Assembly: GCA_030637025.1 (NCBI GenBank)
Contig: DAOVVV010000018.1
Location: 1 to 52,207 of the forward strand
DNA: 52,207 nt
Source of the DNA: Clostridia bacterium
Lineage (GTDB): Bacteria; CBDUZB01; JAGLHV01
Direction: 5' to 3'
In this document: positions 27,447 through 36,810 of the stretch, piece by piece
How the letters are laid out: each line of letters starts with the position of its first letter
Position numbering within the stretch: the first letter of the stretch is position 1
Position numbers and translations under genes: made by a program
Notes under the pieces: generated by a model
The model's input: only the letters and a program-made list of their open reading frames with translations
Told to the model about the DNA's origin: nothing
Databases searched by the model: none

Positions 27447-28745
27447 ATGAAAGAAAAAAAATGGTTACTAATAGGTGGTTTATATTTGACTTTATTTTTA
27501 TGGATAGGAGTTGGTTCCGGTTTAGGCAAGGTGGAATTAGGGGGGGAGATTAGAATTCGTTCTACCGGAGTAAATAATAGTGATTATGATGATGAAATAG
27601 CTGATTATTCTGCTTTCTCTACTCAAAGGACAAGGGTTCATTTTCGAGGGGATTTAGCCAAAAATGTTTTATTTGATTTAGGTGTACAGAGTAATGGATA
27701 CTGGGGAGGAAGCAGTTTTTCGGGAGTGGGGGATGATTATGGGGAGGAAAAAGAGTTTTTAAATTCAGGGACACTTTATTTGGAAAATGCCTACTTGAAA
27801 TTTATTCAGGTGGAAAAGAAACCAATAGATGTCTTTGTGGGGAGACAGCCAATATGCTATGGGGATGGTTTGGTGTTGGATGATAGTAATTATGGTTTTG
27901 ATGCCCTACGAGCGATTTGGAGATTACCGGGTAATTTAGAATGGGAAGCACTAACTATTAAAGGGAGAGAATCAAGTAAATTGATCAGGAAGGAAAACGG
28001 AGATGCAGGTGCAGAATTGGAATCCTGGAAATATGTAGCAGAAGATAAAGATGCGGATGTTTATGGTACAGTATTCAGGTGGTTGCCGATTAGAAGAAAA
28101 ATAGAAGCTTATTTTATTTATGAAGTAGATAAGGCTACTGATACTCTTACTTTTAAAGATAAATATTTTTATGGCCTCCGGTTAGAAGAGAAAATGAAAG
28201 AAGGAATTGATTATAGAATAGAGTTTATAATGAAACAATCGGATAAATTAAAAGGAGCTTTTGATTATGATGGGTGTGCTTTACATGCGGGAATAGTAGG
28301 TTATGCTCACACACGTATTTTGGGTGCCGTAAATGCGAAAGTAGAATATTTTCAAAGTACCGGCTCAGGAGATAAACAAGACGAAAAAAATTTCGATCCT
28401 GCCTATGCTCGAACTTCTAATAATTTTGGAGAATATTATTTTGGAGAATATTATAGTGAAGTTTCTTCAGAGATGTCCAATAAAAAAATTACTAATTTTG
28501 GTGTGAGCATTTCTCCTTTAAAAAAAACAAACATAAGTTTAAATTATTATATATTTAATTCCTGGAGTAAAACAATAAGTGGAGCTAGAGATATAGGTGA
28601 GGAGTTAGATGCTGTTTTATTTTATAGATATTCGCCGCAGGTAAAGTTGCGGTTAGTATATGCGGTTTTTTTGCCGGGAGAAGCTTCTGTATCAGAGGGA
28701 ACATCTGCCAGTAAAATTTTAGGTGAAATATTAGTGTGCTTTTAA
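27447..28745 (+). CDS. Alginate-export-family outer-membrane porin
   Basis: LGGEIRIR, QRTRVHF, LYLENAY, VGRQPICYGDGLVL...FDALR and IGEELD motifs; C-terminal Phe. Confidence 0.8.
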   Translation: MKEKKWLLIGGLYLTLFLWIGVGSGLGKVELGGEIRIRSTGVNNSDYDDEIADYSAFSTQRTRVHFRGDLAKNVLFDLGVQSNGYWGGSSFSGVGDDYGEEKEFLNSGTLYLENAYLKFIQVEKKPIDVFVGRQPICYGDGLVLDDSNYGFDALRAIWRLPGNLEWEALTIKGRESSKLIRKENGDAGAELESWKYVAEDKDADVYGTVFRWLPIRRKIEAYFIYEVDKATDTLTFKDKYFYGLRLEEKMKEGIDYRIEFIMKQSDKLKGAFDYDGCALHAGIVGYAHTRILGAVNAKVEYFQSTGSGDKQDEKNFDPAYARTSNNFGEYYFGEYYSEVSSEMSNKKITNFGVSISPLKKTNISLNYYIFNSWSKTISGARDIGEELDAVLFYRYSPQVKLRLVYAVFLPGEASVSEGTSASKILGEILVCF

Positions 28746-28974
28746 AAAAATGTGAATAGGAATTTAGAATTGGTTAATTGATTGGATTATCCCTTTGAGG
28801 CGTCTGCCTGTTTGTCAGTCCATAAGGCGGATTATCCTCTCAAGGAGATAAGTTGGGAGTTTGTAATTTTTATTTTGATATTATGATTGTTGGGGAATTA
28901 GCTGCTTTTGAAATTTTTTATATTGGTTAATAAACGGTAAATATAAAAAATAAGAATTATTATAAATGATGAGT

Positions 28975-29005
28975 AAAAAGCTCCTTAATGACAAGGGGTT
29001 TTTTT
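28975..29005 (+). terminator. Rho-independent terminator (possibly bidirectional)
   Basis: AAAAAGCTCCTT-AATGAC-AAGGGGTTTTTTT. Confidence 0.7.
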
Positions 29006-29008
29006 GAT

Positions 29009-29037
29009 TTGACAAATTATTTTAATTTTGCTAACAT
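29009..29037 (+). promoter_or_regulatory. Sigma70 promoter for the tRNA cluster
   Basis: TTGACA-17-TAACAT with extended TG. Confidence 0.6.
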
Positions 29038-29137
29038 CTATACTTAATATTATTGCTTTTCCTAAGTTATTAAAGATAATGTATTAATGCTAACTATCTA
29101 AGCTATGGTTCTAAAAAGTTCAATGTTAGATACATAT

Positions 29138-29211
29138 GCGCCCATAGCTCAGTTGGATAGAGCAGTTGACTTCGAATCAAAAGGTCGGGGGTTCAAATCC
29201 CTCTGGGCGCG
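29138..29211 (+). tRNA. tRNA-Arg (TCG)
   Basis: GCGCCCA...TGGGCGC-G; loop CT-TCG-AA; A20 Arg identity element in D-loop GGATA. Confidence 0.95.
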
Positions 29212-29302
29212 TTTATATTTTTTTAAAGGTAAACTTATAAACAAATTATGTTGTTTATTGTTTTTTCTGCCGGATATTATTTATAAATCATGAATTGATT
29301 AT

Positions 29303-29375
29303 GCGCCATTAGCTCAATTGGCAGAGTACTTGACTCTTAATCAAGGTGTTGAAGGTTCGATTCCTTCATGGCGCA
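29303..29375 (+). tRNA. tRNA-Lys (CTT)
   Basis: GCGCCAT...ATGGCGC-A; stem-loop CTTGA-CTCTTAA-TCAAG. Confidence 0.95.
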
Positions 29376-29436
29376 TTTGTTTTCAAAACAAAAAGATAAT
29401 GTTGCGGTGGTGGAATAGGTATACCTGATTAATGAT

Positions 29437-29519
29437 GCCAGAGTGGTGAAACTGGCAGACACGCACGGCTTAGGACCGTGTGCCGTGAGGCGTTGGAGGT
29501 TCGAATCCTCTCTCTGGCA
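29437..29519 (+). tRNA. tRNA-Leu (TAG)
   Basis: GCCAGAG...CTCTGGC-A; CACGG-CTTAGGA-CCGTG; long variable arm. Confidence 0.95.
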
Positions 29520-29565
29520 GTAATCTTGCAAGCGGGTGTGTGCGGCTTAGATTTTTTATTTTTTT

Positions 29566-29700
29566 GTCTTTGTTTTGAGTTTTGAATTTGTTTGGGATTT
29601 CGTATTTCGGATTTAGTATTTATTTTTTTGTCTGTTGTCTATGGACTATCGACTGTGGACTATGGACTGTCTTTTATCTGTCATCTGTGAACTGTCAACT
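29566..29700. repeat. Composite heptamer-periodic arrays between tRNA-Leu and tRNA-Gly
   Basis: TTTTGAATTTGTTTGGGATTTCGTATTTCGGATTTAGTATTT; TGGACTA TCGACTG TGGACTA TGGACTG; CTGTCAT CTGTGAA CTGTCAA. Confidence 0.8.
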
Positions 29701-29705
29701 AATAC

Positions 29706-29780
29706 GCGGGCGTAGTTCAGCGGTAGAATGTCTGCTTGCCATGCAGAAGGTCGTGGGTTCGATCCCCATCGCCCGCTCCA
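29706..29780 (+). tRNA. tRNA-Gly (GCC)
   Basis: GCGGGCG...CGCCCGC-T-CCA; TCTGC-TTGCCAT-GCAGA. Confidence 0.96.
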
Positions 29781-29901
29781 TTAAATAAATATTAAGTAGA
29801 GTAATTTTTTCTATTTAAGAAGGGTTTCTTTTTTAATTAGATTGTAAGTTTTTAGGCTTTTCAAGTAAAAAACAAATAAAATGAAATGAGGTTTTAAAAA
29901 A

Positions 29902-31188
29902 ATGACAGAAAGTATTAAAGCTAATATTTTAGATTCAAAACTTTGTCAGGTTACCATGGATGTGGAAGTACCTTTTTTGCAGGTAGAAAATGAGATACAA
30001 AAAAAATATCTAAAGTTACAAACAAAAATTAAATTGCCGGGATTTCGTAAAGGGAAAGTTCCTATGGATATAGTTAAAAAGAAATTTAGTCAAACGGCAG
30101 AAGAGGAAGCAGTAAATGAGCTTGTTGAAGTTGCTTTAAATCAATTAATCAAAGAAAAGAAAATAAATGCTATTTCCTGCCGTCAGATAGAGGATTTGAA
30201 ATTTGAAAAAGGAAAACCCCTTTCTTTTCGGGCGAAGATAGAAGTAAGGCCTGAGTTTGAAGTGAAAGGGTATAAAGGTGTTTCGGTAAAGAAAAAAGAA
30301 GTTGAGGTTGGAGAGAAGGATGTGCAAGGTGCTATAGTTAATCTTCAAGAACGAAATGCACAGTTAGTTGACACCGATCGTTTGATTGTAGAAAAGGGTG
30401 ATTTTGTCATTATCAATTATCAGGGATTTTTAAATGAAAATCTTTTAAGCAATTGGGGTGGAAAAAGCCGGCTTATAAATATGGCCTGGGATAATTTTAT
30501 TGAGGGTTTTAATCAGCAATTAATTGGTGCCCAAAAAGGCAAAGAAAAAGAAATTCAAATAAATTTTCCGCAGGATTATGCCAAAGAGGATGTAGCAGGA
30601 AAGAAAGTTGTCTTTAAAGTAGAAGTTACCCAGATAAAATCAAAAAAGCTTCCTTCTTTATCAGACGATTTTGCTAAGGATGTAGGGTGTTCTGATTTAG
30701 GTGAGTTAAAGAAAAAAGTGGAAGAAAACATAAAAAAAGAAAAAGAATTTCAAAGCAAACAAGATGAGGAAGAACAATTGATAACAGGTCTTATAAAAAA
30801 CAATCCCATAGAGGTTCCTGAATCACAGGTAGAGAATAGATTAAGTTATTTAGTATCAAAGGCAAAAAGATATGTTGTCCAGCAAGGCCTTAAACCGGAA
30901 CAAGCAGGTTTGACAGATGAGGTGTTAAGAGAAAAATATAAACAGGAAGCGTATAAACAAGTGCAGCTTTTTTACATTTTAGATGCTGTTAGTGAAAAAG
31001 AAAATATTCAGGTTTCAGAGGAAGAAATAAAAAAGGAAGAGGAAAAAGCAATTAATGCATCAGAGCAAAAAGAGAAAGAAAAAGTAAAAAAATATTTTAG
31101 TAAAAATAAAGAAACTATATTTCAAAAATTGCTAGAAAAAAAAATATTTAATTTTATTATGGAAAATGCTAAAATAATTAAAAAATAA
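29902..31188 (+). CDS. tig: Trigger factor
   Basis: LPGFRKGKVP signature; FKBP-like domain (FIEGFNQQLIG); upstream of clpP. Confidence 0.95.
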   Translation: MTESIKANILDSKLCQVTMDVEVPFLQVENEIQKKYLKLQTKIKLPGFRKGKVPMDIVKKKFSQTAEEEAVNELVEVALNQLIKEKKINAISCRQIEDLKFEKGKPLSFRAKIEVRPEFEVKGYKGVSVKKKEVEVGEKDVQGAIVNLQERNAQLVDTDRLIVEKGDFVIINYQGFLNENLLSNWGGKSRLINMAWDNFIEGFNQQLIGAQKGKEKEIQINFPQDYAKEDVAGKKVVFKVEVTQIKSKKLPSLSDDFAKDVGCSDLGELKKKVEENIKKEKEFQSKQDEEEQLITGLIKNNPIEVPESQVENRLSYLVSKAKRYVVQQGLKPEQAGLTDEVLREKYKQEAYKQVQLFYILDAVSEKENIQVSEEEIKKEEEKAINASEQKEKEKVKKYFSKNKETIFQKLLEKKIFNFIMENAKIIKK

Positions 31189-31322
31189 TAGTCTTGAAAT
31201 AAAATCCACATTATTTACCAAAAAAGACCCAAATTTATTGGGGGGGGGTGAATAGCGATTTATTTGTGTTGGAAAATGTCAAAAAATTTTAATGTATTTT
31301 TTATTTAATGGGGGAGTTTTTT

Positions 31323-31919
31323 ATGAATTTAATACCAATGGTTGTTGAGCAAAGTCAAAGAGGAGAACGTGCCTATGATATTTATTCAAGGCTGCTTAAA
31401 GATAGAATTATTTTTATTGGGACTCCCATTGATGATGATGTAGCAAATTTGATAATTGCTCAGTTGCTTTTTTTAGAAGCAGAAGATCCGGAAAAGAATA
31501 TTTACTTATATATAAATAGCCCAGGTGGAATAGTAACTTCCGGTTTAGCGGTATATGATACCATGCAATATATTAAACCTTCTATTTCTACTATTTGTAT
31601 GGGACAGGCGGCAAGTATGGGGGCTCTTTTGCTTGCAGCAGGAACATCGGGTAAGAGATTTGCTTTACCCCATTCAAGAATTATGATTCATCAGCCTTTA
31701 GGAGGGGTTCAGGGACAGGCTACAGATATAGAAATTCAATCAAAAGAAATTTTGCGCATAAAAACAAAATTAAATGAAATTTTGGCTAAACATACCGGAA
31801 AGTCTATAGAAAAAATAGAAAAAGATACAGACAGAGATTTTTTTATGAGTGCACAAGAGTCCCAAAAATACGGTATTGTTGATGAAGTTATCGTCACGAG
31901 AAAGAATAGTAAAAAATAA
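31323..31919 (+). CDS. clpP: ATP-dependent Clp protease proteolytic subunit
   Basis: [39 protein letters not shown] motifs; start likely ATG 31323 after GGGGAG. Confidence 0.98.
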   Translation: MNLIPMVVEQSQRGERAYDIYSRLLKDRIIFIGTPIDDDVANLIIAQLLFLEAEDPEKNIYLYINSPGGIVTSGLAVYDTMQYIKPSISTICMGQAASMGALLLAAGTSGKRFALPHSRIMIHQPLGGVQGQATDIEIQSKEILRIKTKLNEILAKHTGKSIEKIEKDTDRDFFMSAQESQKYGIVDEVIVTRKNSKK

Positions 31920-31983
31920 GACCGATATTAATTGAATAGGTTTTGTTAATTAGAATCATTTAATATTATATTAGAGGAGAAAA

Positions 31984-33243
31984 ATGGCTGATTTTAAAAT
32001 ATCCCAGGAAGTATTACAATGTGTTTTTTGTGGAAAAGGAAAGAAAGAAAGAAAAAAACTGGTAGGGGGGCAGGGTGTTTATATTTGTGAAGAATGTGTC
32101 CGGATCTCTTATTCTCTTTTAGAAAAAGTAGAAATAACGGATAAAAAGAAAGAAAAAAAAGAGAGTGTTCCTAAACCCCACGAAATTAAAAAAATATTGG
32201 ATGAACACATTGTAGGACAGGAAACAGCGAAAAAAAATTTAGCAGTAGCTGTATATAACCATTATAAACGGATTGGGGTTGAATTTAGAGATCAGGATGT
32301 TCAAATACAAAAATCAAATATTTTGTTAATTGGGCCAACAGGAACAGGGAAAACTCTTTTAGCCCAAACACTGGCTAAATTACTTCGGGTTCCTTTTACT
32401 ATTGCCGATGCTACCACTTTAACCGAAGCCGGTTATGTGGGAGAGGATGTAGAAAATATTATCTTATCCCTTTTACAAAAAGCAAATTATGATGTGGGAA
32501 AAGCAGAAAAAGGAATTATTTACATTGATGAAATAGATAAAATTTCCCGCAAAGCAGGGACGCCGTCTATTACCCGTGATGTATCGGGAGAAGGTGTCCA
32601 GCAGGCACTATTGAAAATTTTAGAGGGGACCATAACTAACGTTCCCCCTAAGGGTGGTAGAAAACATCCGCATCAGGAATATATCAAGGTAAATACTTCA
32701 AATATTCTTTTTATTTGTGGTGGAGCATTTGCCGGGATCGATAAAAAAATACAAGAGCGTCTTGCTCAAAAAACTATAGGATTTAAATCACAAATAAAAA
32801 AAAGAGAAAAAAAGATAGGAGAAATATTAACTTATATTCAGCCGGAAGATTTATTAGAATATGGGTTGATACCTGAATTAGTAGGAAGACTACCGGTAAT
32901 TTCAACGATGGAAGAGCTTGACTGGCAAATGTTAATGGAAGTAATGGTAAAACCTAAAAATGCATTGGTGAAACAATATAAAAAATTATTTTCTTTAGAA
33001 GGAGTGGAGCTTATCTTTACTAAAGAGGCGATTATTAAAGTATCTAAAATCGCACAAAAAAGAGGTAGTGGCGCACGAGGTTTACGGGCCATAATGGAAA
33101 AAATTATGTTAGATATTATGTATGAGTTACCCCGACACAACGATTTACAACAATGTATTATCAATGAAGAAGTAATAACTGAAAATAAAAAACCTAAATT
33201 AATCAAAAAAGAAAAGAAAATAGAGGAGGAAAAAACAGCATGA
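31984..33243 (+). CDS. clpX: ATP-dependent Clp protease ATP-binding subunit
   Basis: C4 zinc finger, [31 protein letters not shown] loop. Confidence 0.98.
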   Translation: MADFKISQEVLQCVFCGKGKKERKKLVGGQGVYICEECVRISYSLLEKVEITDKKKEKKESVPKPHEIKKILDEHIVGQETAKKNLAVAVYNHYKRIGVEFRDQDVQIQKSNILLIGPTGTGKTLLAQTLAKLLRVPFTIADATTLTEAGYVGEDVENIILSLLQKANYDVGKAEKGIIYIDEIDKISRKAGTPSITRDVSGEGVQQALLKILEGTITNVPPKGGRKHPHQEYIKVNTSNILFICGGAFAGIDKKIQERLAQKTIGFKSQIKKREKKIGEILTYIQPEDLLEYGLIPELVGRLPVISTMEELDWQMLMEVMVKPKNALVKQYKKLFSLEGVELIFTKEAIIKVSKIAQKRGSGARGLRAIMEKIMLDIMYELPRHNDLQQCIINEEVITENKKPKLIKKEKKIEEEKTA

Positions 33244-35639
33244 CAATACAAGACAAAAATATTACCAAAGAGATTCTTATCCCTCAGAGGGTGCCATTAT
33301 TACCCGTACGGGATATAGTAGTTTTTCCTTATATGATGATTCCGTTGGCTGTAGGCAGGGATAAGTCTATCAAAGCACTGGAAAAAGCAATGGTGGAAAA
33401 TCATCTTGTTTTTTTAGGGGTTCAAAAAAAAATTCAAACAGAAGATCCACAACAGAATGATATTTATTCTGTAGGTTGTGTAGCTGAAATTTTGCAATTG
33501 TTGAAAATGCCGGATGGCACGCTAAAAATATTAGTAGAGGGGATTCGGCGTGCGAAAGTATTAGATTTTACTATTACAGCTGAACAATATGTTGAAGTAG
33601 AAGTTAAGACTTTTTTAGATAAAAATGTAGAAGGGCCTCAAACAAAAGCGTTAATGAGAACTGCTCTTGCTCAATTTGAACAATATGTTAAATTAAATCA
33701 GCGTGTTCCTTTTGAGGCGGTTCTTTCAGCAATGAATATTTCAGAAGCGGGCAGATTGGCAGATGTGATTATTTCTTCCATTTTAGTACAACTTAAAGAT
33801 AAACAGAAAATTATCGAAGCTATAGATGTTCAGGAGCGGCTTGAAGAAATAGTTAAAATGTTAATTTCCGAAAATGAGATTTTGTCAATTGAGAAAAAAA
33901 TTCAAGGGCGGGTACGCAATCAAATCGAAAAGTCTCAAAAGGAATATTATTTAACAGAACAAATGAAGGCAATTCAAAAAGAATTAAAGCAGAAAGATGA
34001 ATATGGTAAAGAGATAGAGGAGTTGAAGGCTAAAATGGTCCAGGCAAAAGTAAGCAAAGAAGCGGAAGAAATAATGGTAAAAGAGTTGGTACGACTGGAA
34101 AGAATGCCTCCTTTTTCTCCGGAAGCTACGGTGATTAGAACATATTTGGACTGGTTAATTAGTCTTCCCTGGCAAATAAAAACCAAAGATAATCTGGAAA
34201 TAAAAAGGGCAGCGAAAATTTTAGATGAAGATCATTATGGCCTGGATAAAGCCAAGGAAAGAATCTTGCAGTATCTGGCTGTATGTAAGTTGACTAAAAA
34301 ATTAAAAGGTCCTATTTTGTGTTTTGTAGGTCCCCCCGGTACAGGTAAAACTTCTTTGGGAAGATCTATTGCCCGGGCATTGGGTAGAAAATTTGTGCGT
34401 ATGTCTTTGGGAGGAATGCGGGATGAAGCTGAAATTAGGGGGCATAGAAGAACTTATATCGGAGCTTTACCTGGTAGAATTATTCAGTCTATAAAAAAAA
34501 CAAAATCAAAAAACCCTGTTTTTTTGCTGGATGAAATAGATAAAATCGGCAATGATTTTAGAGGAGATCCGGCATCAGCATTGCTGGAAGTTTTAGATCC
34601 GGAACAAAACAGTACTTTTGCGGACCATTACTTGGAAGTGGATTTTGATTTATCGGATGTAATGTTTGTTACTACGGCTAATACTCTTTATTCTATTCCG
34701 ATTTCTCTTCAGGATAGAATGGAAATTATTCGTTTTCCCGGATATACCATTGAAGAGAAGGTGAAAATTGCCAAGATATTTTTATTTCCTAAACAGACAA
34801 AAGAAAATGGTTTGACCAATAATAATTTGAGTATCACTGATAAAGCAATAGAGGATGTTGTTTGTCGTTATACTCGAGAGGCAGGAGTAAGAAATCTGGA
34901 AAGGGAGATTGCTAATATTTGTCGTAAGGTGGCTAAAGAATGGGTAAGTGATAATAAAAAAGAAAAGATTAAAATTACCAGTCAAAATTTGCATTATTAT
35001 TTAGGTATACCTAAATATTCTCAAAACGGTAAAGAAGAAAATGAAATCGGAGTTGCTACGGGTTTAGCCTGGACAGAAGTTGGAGGAGATACCCTCCCAA
35101 TAGAAGTTTCCATAATGAGAGGGAAAGGGTCATTAACTTTGACTGGTAAATTAGGGGAAGTAATGCAGGAATCAGCAAAAGCGGCGCTTTCCTATGTTCG
35201 TGCAAATAGCCAGCGATTGGGATTAGTTGCTAATTTTTATCAGGATAAAGAGATACATATTCATGTTCCCGAAGGAGCTATTCCTAAAGATGGCCCTTCG
35301 GCAGGAATAGTTATTGCTTCAGCCTTAGTTTCTGCTTTGACCGGGATTCCGGTTAAAAAAAATGTAGCTATGACCGGTGAAATTACTTTACGGGGAAATG
35401 TGTTTCCTGTTGGTGGGTTAAAAGAGAAAATATTAGCGGCGCATCGTTTAGGGATGAAAATAATAGTATTACCTTTAGAGAACAAAAAAGATATGGAAGA
35501 AATTCCTAAAAATATACAGAAAAAAATGAAATTTGTTTTAGTTAAAAATATGGATGAAGTATTACAGATAGCTTTGGGAGGGAAATTAGTAGAGAGAAGA
35601 AAGGCATCATCTAAATCTAATAGAAAAAGAGTATGTTAA
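33240..35639 (+). CDS. lon: Lon protease
   Basis: [26 protein letters not shown] catalytic Ser. Confidence 0.98.
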   Translation: MTIQDKNITKEILIPQRVPLLPVRDIVVFPYMMIPLAVGRDKSIKALEKAMVENHLVFLGVQKKIQTEDPQQNDIYSVGCVAEILQLLKMPDGTLKILVEGIRRAKVLDFTITAEQYVEVEVKTFLDKNVEGPQTKALMRTALAQFEQYVKLNQRVPFEAVLSAMNISEAGRLADVIISSILVQLKDKQKIIEAIDVQERLEEIVKMLISENEILSIEKKIQGRVRNQIEKSQKEYYLTEQMKAIQKELKQKDEYGKEIEELKAKMVQAKVSKEAEEIMVKELVRLERMPPFSPEATVIRTYLDWLISLPWQIKTKDNLEIKRAAKILDEDHYGLDKAKERILQYLAVCKLTKKLKGPILCFVGPPGTGKTSLGRSIARALGRKFVRMSLGGMRDEAEIRGHRRTYIGALPGRIIQSIKKTKSKNPVFLLDEIDKIGNDFRGDPASALLEVLDPEQNSTFADHYLEVDFDLSDVMFVTTANTLYSIPISLQDRMEIIRFPGYTIEEKVKIAKIFLFPKQTKENGLTNNNLSITDKAIEDVVCRYTREAGVRNLEREIANICRKVAKEWVSDNKKEKIKITSQNLHYYLGIPKYSQNGKEENEIGVATGLAWTEVGGDTLPIEVSIMRGKGSLTLTGKLGEVMQESAKAALSYVRANSQRLGLVANFYQDKEIHIHVPEGAIPKDGPSAGIVIASALVSALTGIPVKKNVAMTGEITLRGNVFPVGGLKEKILAAHRLGMKIIVLPLENKKDMEEIPKNIQKKMKFVLVKNMDEVLQIALGGKLVERRKASSKSNRKRVC

Positions 35640-35654
35640 AAGGAGGTTGTAAAA

Positions 35655-36791
35655 ATGAAAAAGTATTTATTGACACCAGGCCCGACACCGGTTCCTGACT
35701 CTGTACTATTGGCTGGTGCTCAACCGATTATTCATCATCGTACAGTAGAATTTAGTAAGTTGTTTAGAGATGTAACTGCCGAATTGCAATCTGTTTTTCA
35801 GACTAAAAATGATTTGTTTGTTTTTTCTGCTTCCGGTACCGGAGGAATGGAATCCTGCGTGGCAAATCTTCTTTCTATCGGCGATAGAGTGTTGGTAGTT
35901 AACACCGGTGCATTTGGCCGAAGATGGGAAAATATTCTTAAGGTTTACGGGCTTAAACCGGAAGTAATCGAATATCCATGGGGAAAGGCGGCTCGCATAG
36001 AAGAAATAAGAGAAAAACTGGAAGAGAATCCTGAAATTAAGGCTGTTTTTACTCAATTGACTGAAACATCTACAGGGGTGGTGAATGATATTGAATCAAT
36101 GGCTAAAATTACGGCACAATCAAAAGCCATATTGGTAGTAGATGCGGTTAGTGGTTTAGGCGGCCAGGAAATAAAGACGGATGAGTGGGGAGTAGATATC
36201 GTAGTTGCCGGTTCGCAAAAAGGATTGATGCTTTCTCCCGGCCTGGCTTTTGTAAGTATTAGCAAGAAAGCGTGGAATTTAATAGAAGAATCTAAATTAC
36301 CGAAATTTTATTGGAATTTTAAAACTTATAAAAAGTTTTTTAATGAAAAAGGAGAAACCCCTTATACCCCGGCGGTAAATTTGTTGTTTTCTCTCCATGA
36401 AGCTTTGGGGAAAATCTTAGAAGAGGGGATAAAAAATGTTTTTACCAGACATTCTCTATTAGCCCGTGCAGCACGGGCTGGGGTTACTTCTTTAGGTTTG
36501 GAACTTTTTGCTGAAGTTCCTTGTGATGTGGTAACATCAGTGAAAGTACCGGAAGGTATAGATGGAATATCACTGATAAAAAGAATGCGGGATGAGTATG
36601 GAGTAAGTATTGCCGGAGGACAAAGAGAGTTTAAAGGTAAAATATTTCGTATGGCGCACATGGGATATATGGATAAGTTTGATGTGATTATTGAGTTATC
36701 GGCTTTGGAAATGATGTTTAATAAGCTTGGATACAAGGTAGAATTAGGAAAAGGTGTAGCTGCTGTAGAAAAAGAGTTTTTAAAGAAATAA
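35655..36791 (+). CDS. Class V PLP aminotransferase (serine-pyruvate/alanine-glyoxylate family; probable phosphoserine aminotransferase)
   Basis: LLTPGPTP, SGTGGME, ETSTGV, VDAVS, GSQKG motifs; directly upstream of serA. Confidence 0.9.
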   Translation: MKKYLLTPGPTPVPDSVLLAGAQPIIHHRTVEFSKLFRDVTAELQSVFQTKNDLFVFSASGTGGMESCVANLLSIGDRVLVVNTGAFGRRWENILKVYGLKPEVIEYPWGKAARIEEIREKLEENPEIKAVFTQLTETSTGVVNDIESMAKITAQSKAILVVDAVSGLGGQEIKTDEWGVDIVVAGSQKGLMLSPGLAFVSISKKAWNLIEESKLPKFYWNFKTYKKFFNEKGETPYTPAVNLLFSLHEALGKILEEGIKNVFTRHSLLARAARAGVTSLGLELFAEVPCDVVTSVKVPEGIDGISLIKRMRDEYGVSIAGGQREFKGKIFRMAHMGYMDKFDVIIELSALEMMFNKLGYKVELGKGVAAVEKEFLKK

Positions 36792-36810
36792 ATTTCATAA
36801 AAGAGGTTTT

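Noticed and set aside
28787-28851. SAM-I riboswitch or SRP RNA
   Set aside because: It has TTATC/GATAA ends but is too short and lacks the SAM-I core and the SRP GGAAG/CAGC motif.
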